Part shown: positions 24,830 to 34,099 of the stretch, piece after piece | How the letters are laid out: the number at the start of each line of letters is the position of its first letter | How positions within the stretch are numbered: the stretch's first letter is position 1 | Assembly: GCA_963823655.1 (NCBI GenBank) | Contig: CAWGMK010000010.1 | Span: forward strand, 416,001-480,000 | Source: an uncultured Bacillota bacterium | Lineage (GTDB): Bacteria > Bacillota > DTU025 > MWDF01 | Reading direction: 5' to 3' | DNA: 64,000 nucleotides | Notes under the pieces: generated by a model | Database searches by the model: none | Told to the model about the DNA's origin: nothing | What the model saw: the letters and a program-made list of their open reading frames with translations, nothing else | Position numbers and translations under genes: made by a program

Positions 24830-26539
24830 ATGATAAGAGGCGGCAAAGGCAGGGCAGTCATAATCCTTTTGGCAGCCATGGGTCTAGTCGTAGCAGCGTC
24901 TGCTCTGGCATCGGCCCAGTCTTACGGCAGGCTTGCCAGCATAGAGATCGAAGGCAACAGGAAACTGGATGCCGAATTTATAAAAAGCCTGATGCCATTG
25001 ACCATAGGGATGGATTTGACACAGGAGGACCTGGACAAGACCTTCGCGGCGATGCAGGCAAGCGGATATTTCGCCGATCTGGGGGCGCGTTCGCAGTCTT
25101 TCCTGGGCGGAATCAAGCTCATTGTCACGGTGGAGGAATTCCCGGACCTCAATACGATAGCAATCTCCGGCAATACGCTAATAAGCACGGAGCAGCTGCT
25201 ATCTCGCATGAAGTCCACTGTTGGCAAGATGATCAACATAAACACCGTCAAGGAGGACCTGGACGGGATAATCGCCCTCTACAAGGAGGATAACAGGATT
25301 GCCACCGTCCAACCCGACATCAGCATGGACGGGGTGCTGACCATAGTTATAATCGAATGGAAGGTCGGCTTGGTACAGATTACCGGAAACGAGAAGACGA
25401 AAGAGGAGATTATCAGGAGGAACATCAGGGTAACAGAAGGCGACTTCATCGATACCCAGGTCCTTTCTGATGACAGCCGCCGCATATACAACACGGCGAT
25501 ATTCGAGGATGTGGGAGTCGAGCTTCTGCCCAAAGACGAGGGCCCGTATGCCGACATCACATTCGTGGTCACGGAGACTAAGACGGGGCTTTTCAATGTC
25601 GGCGCAACTTACAACTCGGCTGAAGGCCTCATCGGCTACATAGAAGTATCCGACAAGAACGTATTCGGCTACGGCATCACAGTTTCCGGCAAGCTGGAGG
25701 CGGGCGGCAAGGAGAAGCAGATCCTCGGCGAATTCAGCATATCTACGCCGTACCTGTTCACAGACAAGCTCAGCGGAGGCCTCGAAGTGTACCGCAAGAT
25801 GGCCAACAAGACCATAGACATAGATGAGGACGAAGAGGAGAACGACCTCGACGATCTCATCTACAAGCAGTACAGGACCGGCGGCAGCATATGGATGGGA
25901 TACAATTTCGACCTGTACACCAAGGCGGGTGCGTCTTTCAGGGTCGATTTCATTGAGAACCAGTCTGAGTTGCCATCTCCCGCAGTGCCGGCCGATACAT
26001 CCACCAGGAGCATCACGCTGTCTCTTAACAGGGATACCAGGAACGACTTCATTAACCCCACCAAGGGATACACCATCTTCGCCTCTACGGAGTTCGCAGG
26101 CGGCATTCTAGGCGGGGACGACAATTTCACCAAGCTCTTCACCCAGCTGACGGGCTACTATGAGTTCAAGGACGGCCAGGTGATAGCGGGGCGCCTCGGC
26201 GCTGGCGCCGGTATAAAGCCGCTTCCCTCACATGTTAAGTTCCTGCTTGGCGGCGGGGACAACCTAAGAGGCCTCAAAGAGCCCATAGAGGGCGACTATA
26301 TAGTATTCGGCAATGCCGAGTACAGGTTCCGCATCTATGAGGAGATCGTCGGCGGCGTGGTATTCTTCGACCTCGGCCAGGCCTGGAACAAGGGCGAGGG
26401 CTTCACATTGGACGGGATGAAGTACGGCGTCGGCATAGGCGCAAGGGTCACAATACCGATGCTCGGGATGATAAGGCTCGACTACGGCATCTCAAACGGT
26501 CAGGGCCGGGTGTATTTCGGCTTCGGTCATACGTTCTAA
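24830..26539 (+). CDS. bamA: Outer membrane protein assembly factor BamA (3 POTRA + Omp85 barrel)
   Basis: POTRA starts IEIEGN, IAISGN, VQITGN; LGGGDNLRG motif; IRLDYG; C-terminal YFGFGHTF. Confidence 0.93.
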   Translation: MIRGGKGRAVIILLAAMGLVVAASALASAQSYGRLASIEIEGNRKLDAEFIKSLMPLTIGMDLTQEDLDKTFAAMQASGYFADLGARSQSFLGGIKLIVTVEEFPDLNTIAISGNTLISTEQLLSRMKSTVGKMININTVKEDLDGIIALYKEDNRIATVQPDISMDGVLTIVIIEWKVGLVQITGNEKTKEEIIRRNIRVTEGDFIDTQVLSDDSRRIYNTAIFEDVGVELLPKDEGPYADITFVVTETKTGLFNVGATYNSAEGLIGYIEVSDKNVFGYGITVSGKLEAGGKEKQILGEFSISTPYLFTDKLSGGLEVYRKMANKTIDIDEDEEENDLDDLIYKQYRTGGSIWMGYNFDLYTKAGASFRVDFIENQSELPSPAVPADTSTRSITLSLNRDTRNDFINPTKGYTIFASTEFAGGILGGDDNFTKLFTQLTGYYEFKDGQVIAGRLGAGAGIKPLPSHVKFLLGGGDNLRGLKEPIEGDYIVFGNAEYRFRIYEEIVGGVVFFDLGQAWNKGEGFTLDGMKYGVGIGARVTIPMLGMIRLDYGISNGQGRVYFGFGHTF

Positions 26540-26546
26540 TATATGA

Positions 26547-26576
26547 ATGACAACTCAGGCAACTGAGAATTATAAT
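26547..26576 (+). promoter_or_regulatory. SigA-like promoter of ompH, embedded in inverted repeats
   Basis: ATGACA-N18-TATAAT; ATGACAAC is mirrored by GTTGTCAT at 26584-26591. Confidence 0.5.
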
Positions 26577-26624
26577 TAAATATGTTGTCATAAATTATCT
26601 AAATGAGAGGATGGTCAGTCCCAG

Positions 26625-27083
26625 ATGAAGAACCTTTTTAGAAACACGACGGCAGTAATAATGGCAATCGCTTTGGTGGCAGTGGCCGCTACAATCAGCA
26701 ACCTTACGACAGGCAAGGCAGGCGCCGCCCCCGACTACGCGGTAATAGGCCATATAGATACCGACAAGCTCAACTCCGATTTCCCGATGCTCAAGACGGC
26801 ATGGGAGGCGGTCGCGGCCAAGAAGGCAGAGCTTGAGAAGGAACTTAACAAGAAGGCCGAAGGGCAGGACGCCGACGCTAAGGCGAAGCTTGTTGAGCAG
26901 TTCAACGTGCTTTACAACGACTACGCCAAGAAGACACTCGATCCCGCCTACGCCAAGCTCGAGACGACAGTCAAGGAAGTGGCCAAGGAAAAGGGAGTGA
27001 CCGTGATCCTCAACAGCTCGATAGTCATCGAGGGCGGCGTCGACATGACCGATGCAGTCCTGGCTAAGGGCGGCCTTAAGTAG
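26625..27083 (+). CDS. skp: OmpH/Skp periplasmic chaperone
   Basis: Signal peptide, IGHIDTDKL, coiled coil, VAKEKGVTVIL...GGVDMTDAVL; follows bamA. Confidence 0.88.
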   Translation: MKNLFRNTTAVIMAIALVAVAATISNLTTGKAGAAPDYAVIGHIDTDKLNSDFPMLKTAWEAVAAKKAELEKELNKKAEGQDADAKAKLVEQFNVLYNDYAKKTLDPAYAKLETTVKEVAKEKGVTVILNSSIVIEGGVDMTDAVLAKGGLK

Positions 27084-27101
27084 TATTCGCCAACTGTACA
27101 G

Positions 27102-27130
27102 AAAGGGGCGCGTTTAGGCGCCCCTTTATT
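27102..27130 (+). terminator. Terminator after ompH
   Basis: AAAGGGGCGC...GCGCCCCTTT followed by ATT. Confidence 0.7.
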
Positions 27131-27155
27131 CACATAAGTGACAGGAGTTGCCTCA

Positions 27156-30100
27156 ATGAGGAAGCTTGACCGGTATGTGGCGCGGGAGTTCCTAGGCCCA
27201 TTCTTTGCCGCAATAACCGCGTTCATCGTCATATCCCTCAGCGTCCAGCTCTTCTGGCTGGCCGAAATGGTCGTGGTCAAGCACACCCCCCTTGCGACCG
27301 TATTGAAGCTCATACTCTACAACATACCCACAGCACTGGTACAAGTTCTCCCCTTCGCCACCCTTTTTGCGGTCCTGCTAGGATTGGGCAGGCTAAGCCG
27401 GGACAGCGAGCTTTCGATAATGAGAGCCGCAGGCCTCAGGCTTTCCAGGATCGCAGCCCCCATGATATTCATAGCGCTTCTTATCAGCGCATTCGGCTTC
27501 TATATGGGCGACCAGGTGGCCCCCAAGGCCAATTTGGAATCGCGCAACATCGTAAACAGGATGATCCTGGGCGACAGCATACCGGGGATTGAGAACAACG
27601 TCTTCTTCCGCGGGCCCGACAACAAGTTCTTCTATATCGGCCGGGTGAGCGAGGACAGGGCGACTGTCCAGGACATCATGATATATGACATCGGATACGG
27701 GAAGTACCCGCAGCTGATAACAGCGGCCAAGGGGCAGGCGGACTCTGGAGTATGGGTATTCCTCGACGGCAACATCCATGAGTGCGGTTCGGACGGAAGG
27801 GTAGTATCGACGGCCCATTTCGATTCGCTGGAAATCAGGATGGAGCGCGCGGTCACAGATTATACGAATTCCGGCAGGACAACCTCCGAAATGTCGATGA
27901 AGCAGCTTAAAGAGAGCATCTCGCTCTTCACGAAAAGCGGCATCAAGGCCAAGAACCTTCTCATAGACTACTACCTCAAGATCGCCCAGCCCATCTCATC
28001 CCTGATTTTTGCAATACTGGCAGTGCCTCTTGCAGTACGAAGCCCCAGGCGCGGAGGGGCCGTCTACAGCATCGCCGCCGGCATACTTATCGTTACCTTG
28101 TACTTCATATTCGAATCGGTGATACGCTCGTACGGAATGCTCCAGGCGACAAGGCTTCAGCCCTGGATGGCGGCATGGTCCGCTGACATCATCTTTATGG
28201 TGGTGGCCCTCATCCTTCTTATAAGGGCGGATTCGAAGAGGATGAGAAAGCGCATCCGTAAGCCCAAAGGGCCGGCAACAGCCATTATCCTGCTCATAGC
28301 CCTCGTACTTCTTCTGCAGCCGTCAATTGCGGCTGCGGCCGGGACGAATGTCAAGGTAACAGCCGAAAGGCTGGTTTATGAGGGCTCGGACATATGGCGC
28401 GCCGAGGGCAAGGTTGAGGTTTCCTTCGATGATGTCGTGGTGAGGGCTGATACCGCAAGAATCGACCTTACGACGAACAAGGCCGAGCTCACAGGATCGG
28501 TTACAGTAGAAATGAAGGGCAGCGTCATCTCCTCGGGCCTTGCCGTCGTGGACATAAAGACTAAGGAAGTCACTTTCGGGGCGTTCGAAGGGCGGGTAAG
28601 CGACGAGCGGGTAGAAGGGTACATCTACATCAACGGGGCCGGGTTCACCGAGAAGGACGGAGACTACAAGCTGACGGATGGCTATCTGACCACATGCGAC
28701 CTGCCTCAGCCTCACTACAGGATAGAGGCCAAAAGCATAGAGTTCACCGAAGCTGACGTCATAGTCGCAAAAGACGTTTCATACTTCGAGGGCAATATTA
28801 GGCTCCTGCGCCTTCCTTCGCTGACCATACCTCTTAGGGAGGAGGACAGGATCATCCTTCCTGAGTTCGGCTGGAGCGGAATAGACGGCGCATACATCAA
28901 AACTACGATGAAAAGGCAGCTTAACGAGGACAACAGGCTGACACTAAGGCTGGATTTCTTCACGGTAAGCGGCCTGGGGCTGGGCCTGAAGCACGAGTAC
29001 GGCATAGAACGGCAAAGGTGAATGGATACTACTCCCTGTATGTGCTAAAAAGCCTGATGAACCCCGCCTCCGACTGGACCGCCGAGATCTCGCAGACGCT
29101 TAAGCTGCCTTTGGATATCATAGCGACCGGCAAGTATTCTTACAGGAATACAACAAATGCGAGCCTTGCCAAATCGGAGGAGCACTTCGCCGAGCTCAAA
29201 CTGAACAGGAGCGTGGAGGACGACAAGACCGCGATTGCCGCATCTTACCGATACAAGGACGCAGTAGCCGATACATCCACCTTGAACTTGTCTGCATCCC
29301 ACTCCATGACGCTCTTAGAGGATATCAAGCTGTCGGGAAGCGTAAGCTACAGGAGGACCGAGATAAACGACGCTTTGAATTTCGAGAGCATGACTTACAA
29401 GGCAACTTTGTCCCACCAGACGGAACAGGGAAGGCTTACGCTAAACGTCCAGGCCTCCGAAACGATGAACGAAAGCCAGGAAGTAGTCGTCGCTTCGTTG
29501 AAAAGGCTGCCTGAGCTGCAAATAGAGCTTTTCAAGATGCCTATCGGGAAGCTGCCTTTAAACATCGGCGTCAAGATGACTGCCGGCAGGTACGTGGAGA
29601 GGATTCTCAATACTGACCCGATAGAGTTCTCTGGATGCGGGCAAGGGCGAGGCTGATATTAGCCTTGCCATCGACAGGGTGGACCTTTGGGGATTCGCCA
29701 CATACGATCTGGCCGGCACATTTATCGGCAGCCTCTACTCTACCGGGGATTCAAGGGCGTACCTTGGCGTAGCGACTTCGCTGAATGTGACTCCGATAAA
29801 GGGATGGGGCATAAAGCTGTCGTACGATTACTTGAAGGGCTTCGGTTCGAGCCCATACAGGTTCGACGCGCTTAACGAGAAGAACAAGATTGCCCTGTCT
29901 ACTTCCGCTTCGTTCTACGGCGTAACTGCTTCTGCTTCGTCGGGCTACGACTTCATCAAACTGAAGTACGACAGCCTCTCCGCGGGGCTAGGCTACAAAT
30001 TTGAGGACAAGTACCAGGCGGATGTCACAGCGAAGCTTTCCCTGCCGGATTTCGGGATACAGACTATTGTAGGAAGGCTCACCATAAGCCCTATCGAGGA

Positions 30101-30398
30101 AGTAAGCCTGAAGTTCGGCCTAGAGTACAATGGTTCGCTCAACAAGATTAGCAAGATCGAGACGAGCGGGAGCCTTAGCATACTCAAGGAGTGGAAGGTA
30201 GGCTGGGCGGTAATATACGATGTGGCGAGGGAAGGCTTGAGGAAGGCGGACTTCGCGCTGACAAAGGATTTGCACTGCAGGGAGATAACGGCAGGCTACC
30301 AGGTCGTTGACAAGAGGTTCTTCGTCAACTTCAAGTTCAAGGCCTTCCCTGACATACCGATCGGGATCGGCTCGGACGACTGGAGCCTATTTAACTAG
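27156..30398 (+). CDS. LptF/LptG permease read in frame with an LptD-like protein (frameshifts near 29010 and 29630)
   Basis: LptF/G motifs KLDRYVAREFLGPF and RLSRDSELSIMRAAG; then OstA/LptD-like TTCDLPQPHYRIEAKSI and PEFGWSGIDG; barrel C-terminus KDLHCREIT...FKFKAFP in ORF 29679..30398. Confidence 0.8.
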
Positions 30399-30425
30399 AA
30401 ACCGCAAGGAAGGAGGGCTTACGTC

Positions 30426-31070
30426 GTGAATACCAGGGTGGGGATAGCGATATTCCTGATTTTCGCAGCTCTCGTGGGCGTGTCCTACTATTACGGTTTC
30501 GTTAGGCAGGAGCCCTCAATAGAGGCGGCGCAAGAGGCGGTTGACGACAAGGACCTTCCTGAAGTGCTCATAAAGGGGCTTACGATATCTAGCTGGACCG
30601 GCGGCGCAAGGGTTTGGGAGATGAAAGCCGACAGCATGGAGCTGCCCCGATTCGGCAGGAACGCCACGCTCACAGGCATCAAGGAAGGCACCATATTTAG
30701 GGATGATGTAGCTTATCTGGGCTTTTCCGCGGGCAGGGCGGCCGTCGACGGCAGGAACAGGATGCAGTTTTCGGAAGGCGTGCTGATCATGTCTCAGGGC
30801 AAACCCCTGATGGTAACCGAGTCGATGGTATGGGACCCTGTGACGCAGCTGGTCAACATCCCCGGAGAGACCGAGATAACGGCGGACGGCAGCAAGGTGA
30901 CGGCGAAGAACCTTACGGTGGACCTTAAGGACGAGTACATTTCTACGACCGGCGATATAATCGCCCAGCAGGGCGACAGCGTAAAGATAACGGCAGGGAA
31001 CATGAGGTATTCGGTCACCAGGCGCGAGATGGAGATCATCGGGCCTTTGACGATAACGATAGACCTCTAG
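30426..31070 (+). CDS. lptC: LptC-like protein
   Basis: Single N-terminal TM helix, GARVWEMKADS, beta-jellyroll pattern; lies upstream of lptA/lptB. Confidence 0.75.
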   Translation: MNTRVGIAIFLIFAALVGVSYYYGFVRQEPSIEAAQEAVDDKDLPEVLIKGLTISSWTGGARVWEMKADSMELPRFGRNATLTGIKEGTIFRDDVAYLGFSAGRAAVDGRNRMQFSEGVLIMSQGKPLMVTESMVWDPVTQLVNIPGETEITADGSKVTAKNLTVDLKDEYISTTGDIIAQQGDSVKITAGNMRYSVTRREMEIIGPLTITIDL

Positions 31071-31085
31071 GAAAGGGGTGCACAG

Positions 31086-31748
31086 ATGATAAAGAGCAGA
31101 TCAAGAACGGCAATCGCCGCGGCACTGATCATCCTGGTACTGGCCTCTACGGCGCTTGCGGCCAAACAGGTCAAGATCACAGCCTCCAAGAAGCTCAGCT
31201 ACCAGGGCGCCAAAGGCGACGCAATGGTAGAGGGCGACGTAAAAATCGAATACGACACTACCCTGATTACAGCCGATAAAGTGATTTTCAACAGCGACAA
31301 CAAAACGGCTAGGGTGGACAGCGGCGTGCGCATAGTGCAGGACAATATCGTCATCACGGCCAATGTCATGAACGCCGACTTTAAAACCGAGAAAGTCATG
31401 GTCAGCGGCAATGTTAAGCTGGAGATGACAGAGACTCTTGCCGAGAAGGATGCCAACGGCGTCGCAAAGAAGGATGTCGTGCTGCTTTTAACTTCAAGCA
31501 TGACTATTGATATCAATACAAACGACTTCACGGCGTCCGGCGGAATAATAATAACCAAGGACAAACAGAAGGCACAGTCCGGAAGCGCTGCATACATCGA
31601 GGCTGAGAAGAAGATAACCCTTACGGGAAATGTCAGTATCGAGACCAGCGACGGCGATACCGTAAAGGCCGAAAAAGCGGTCATCTATACGGACAAGGAT
31701 ACTTTCGAAGCCGAGGGCGAACGCATAGAGATCAACTTCATCGTATAG
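31086..31748 (+). CDS. lptA: LptA/OstA family periplasmic protein
   Basis: Signal peptide with ALA cleavage site, repeated beta-taco strands (ITADKV, GNVKL, LTGNV). Confidence 0.8.
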   Translation: MIKSRSRTAIAAALIILVLASTALAAKQVKITASKKLSYQGAKGDAMVEGDVKIEYDTTLITADKVIFNSDNKTARVDSGVRIVQDNIVITANVMNADFKTEKVMVSGNVKLEMTETLAEKDANGVAKKDVVLLLTSSMTIDINTNDFTASGGIIITKDKQKAQSGSAAYIEAEKKITLTGNVSIETSDGDTVKAEKAVIYTDKDTFEAEGERIEINFIV

Positions 31749-31764
31749 CGTTATCGGAGGCAAC

Positions 31765-32484
31765 ATGGGAATTAGGGCGGTCAAGCTTACGAAGTCGTTC
31801 TCCGGCCGGAATGTGGTGGACGGGGTCGACATCAACCTGGAGCGCGGGGAGGCAGTGGGACTTTTCGGACCCAACGGGGCCGGGAAGACCACGACCTTCT
31901 ACATGCTCCTGGGGCTTGAAGTGCCCGATTCCGGCCTTATCGAAGTGGACGGCCGCGACGTCACCGAATTGCCCGTTCACATGAGGGCCCAGCTTGGCAT
32001 AGGATATCTGGCCCAGGAGCCTTCGATATTCAAGCGCATGAGCGTACAGGGCAACATCGCCTCTGTGCTAGAGACGCTCAGGCTGCCCGCAAGGCAGGTC
32101 AGGCAGAAAACTCAGGACCTGCTTGAGGAGTTCAACCTGACCGATATCAGAAGGCAGATGGGCTTTACCCTGTCAGGCGGAGAGCGAAGGCGAGTGGAGA
32201 TCGCAAGGGCCGTGGCTATAGCACCTTCCTACCTGCTACTCGACGAGCCTTTCACGGGAGTTGACCCTTTAGCTGTGATGGAGATACAGGGCATAATAAG
32301 AAGGCTGAAGTCGCAGGGGCTTGGCGTGCTGATTACTGACCACAATGTGCGCGATACGATGGCGATAACCGACAGAGGGTATATAATGTATACAGGCAAC
32401 ATACTTGTATCAGGCACTCCGGAGCAGATTTCGGCGGACCCGCTGGCAAGGAGATTTTACCTTGGCGACTCATTCAGCTTCTAA
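31765..32484 (+). CDS. lptB: LPS export ABC ATPase
   Basis: GPNGAGKTTTFYM, GYLAQEPSIF, LSGGERRRVEIAR, LITDHNVR, YLGDSF. Confidence 0.96.
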   Translation: MGIRAVKLTKSFSGRNVVDGVDINLERGEAVGLFGPNGAGKTTTFYMLLGLEVPDSGLIEVDGRDVTELPVHMRAQLGIGYLAQEPSIFKRMSVQGNIASVLETLRLPARQVRQKTQDLLEEFNLTDIRRQMGFTLSGGERRRVEIARAVAIAPSYLLLDEPFTGVDPLAVMEIQGIIRRLKSQGLGVLITDHNVRDTMAITDRGYIMYTGNILVSGTPEQISADPLARRFYLGDSFSF

Positions 32485-32496
32485 CCGGAGGTTTAT

Positions 32497-33837
32497 TTGA
32501 ACGGAGTAGTGCTGATTGCCGTATTGGCAATAATAGGAGGCCTTGTCGCAATCGCAGGCGACAGGATAGGCATGCGCATAGGGCGCAAGAGGCTTACCCT
32601 CTTCGGGCTCAGGCCGAGGCACACTTCTATTCTGATAACCTTCATAACCGGCATCGTGGTCGTCGCGCTCACTGTCGCTGTCTTGTCCCTGCTTTCTGAG
32701 AACGTAAGGATTGCGATCTTCAAGATACAGGAGCTTCGCAGCGACCTTGCGGAAACGAATGAAGTGCTCAAGGTTACCAAACAGGAATTGACCCTCAAGA
32801 TGGACGAAGCGCAGCAGCTTACCGACAGGGTGGAGAGCATCGGCAAGCAGTATGAGTCCTTGAAGTCCGATTATGGGATAATCAGTGCCGAGCTTAGCGA
32901 TGCGAACGCCGAGAAGGTTCAGACATATAATGAGTTGAAAAGCCTGAAAACGGGCCTTGAGGAAATACAAAGGAAGCTCGTTTCCACAGAACAGGATTTA
33001 AACGCCGCAAGCGCGGAAATCGTCGAATCGGATTTGATGCTAAAAAGCCAGCAGAGCGAGATTTCGGGCTTGTCATCCGAAAGGGAGCTGCTCGAAAAGG
33101 AGATCCTAAGCCTTCAGGACACCAGATCAAAGCTCATCGAAGAGGCAGCGGTGCTTGAAAAGCAAGTGGACAGCCTGATGCAGACAAGCCTGCTGCTCAT
33201 ACAGAGCAAGCAGACCTCGATGACAAGGCAGGTCATCTTTTATGCCGATCAGATTATATTGGGTACTGTGATAGACTGCGTGCAGCCTGTTGAAATCATC
33301 CATACCCAGATAAACGACTTCCTGATAAAGGTCAACACGCTGGCCAAATCAAAGGGCGCGGGGGAAGTGGCGGGCCGCCAGGACGGCTCCGTGCTGAATT
33401 TCGACGAGGACAATGTTCTTAGTGCTTTCCAGAAAGTATATTCGTCTTCCGGCAAGGTGGTAATGAGGGCCGTATCGCCGGTCAACAGCTGGCCGGGCGA
33501 ACCTCTTTGGATTTCTCTTCATACATTGCCGGATGAATTGATCTTCTTTGAAGGCCAAGTAGTCGCCAGCAGGGATGCAGACGGCAGGCTCGGAGCCGAC
33601 AGGATACAGCTTGAGATTCTAGGCCTAATTGAAGAGGTAAATGCGATTGCGCTGGCCAAAGGCATGGTTAGCGACGATGAAGGGCGCATAGGGACTTTCA
33701 TTAAAGCCCTTCAATTTACCGAGGCAATCATCGCGGCTTTGGAGTCGGGCCGCACAGTCAAGATAGAAGTCAAAGCGGAAGAGGACATCTGGCGCAGTGA
33801 TAGCACACCTACAATGGGTTTGCATGTGGTATATTAA
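32497..33837 (+). CDS. DUF3084 family membrane-anchored coiled-coil protein
   Basis: GDRIGMRIGRKRLTLFGLRPRHTS signature followed by a long coiled coil. Confidence 0.9.
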   Translation: MNGVVLIAVLAIIGGLVAIAGDRIGMRIGRKRLTLFGLRPRHTSILITFITGIVVVALTVAVLSLLSENVRIAIFKIQELRSDLAETNEVLKVTKQELTLKMDEAQQLTDRVESIGKQYESLKSDYGIISAELSDANAEKVQTYNELKSLKTGLEEIQRKLVSTEQDLNAASAEIVESDLMLKSQQSEISGLSSERELLEKEILSLQDTRSKLIEEAAVLEKQVDSLMQTSLLLIQSKQTSMTRQVIFYADQIILGTVIDCVQPVEIIHTQINDFLIKVNTLAKSKGAGEVAGRQDGSVLNFDEDNVLSAFQKVYSSSGKVVMRAVSPVNSWPGEPLWISLHTLPDELIFFEGQVVASRDADGRLGADRIQLEILGLIEEVNAIALAKGMVSDDEGRIGTFIKALQFTEAIIAALESGRTVKIEVKAEEDIWRSDSTPTMGLHVVY

Positions 33838-33906
33838 TTACATGATATTTTTCCAAGCCTTTTGCTCTGCCTTGATAAAAAAGCACAATTAGATGTATAA
33901 AGAAGA

Positions 33907-33931
33907 AGGATTACTAGCTTTATTGAAGAAA
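33907..33931 (+). promoter_or_regulatory. SigH-like promoter of the SLH-porin gene
   Basis: AGGA-N17-GAAA. Confidence 0.5.
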
Positions 33932-34099
33932 ATATAAGAGAAAATACTATTCAATGCCCTGCCCGTTCGCAAAAAAACATCAAAGGGCGCGCATAAGGGC
34001 GTAAGATCAAACCACCGGTGAAGGAAACTAGGAAACTTCACTGGTGCGGAGGTTTATGGTTTGGTGGTTAATCAACAAAGCCAAGGGGGGTAAGAACAC

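Noticed and set aside
33950-34080. Cyclic-di-GMP or other known riboswitch in the ompM leader
   Set aside because: The GCAAA / GNRA tetraloop-receptor arrangement is absent; kept only as an unknown structured leader.
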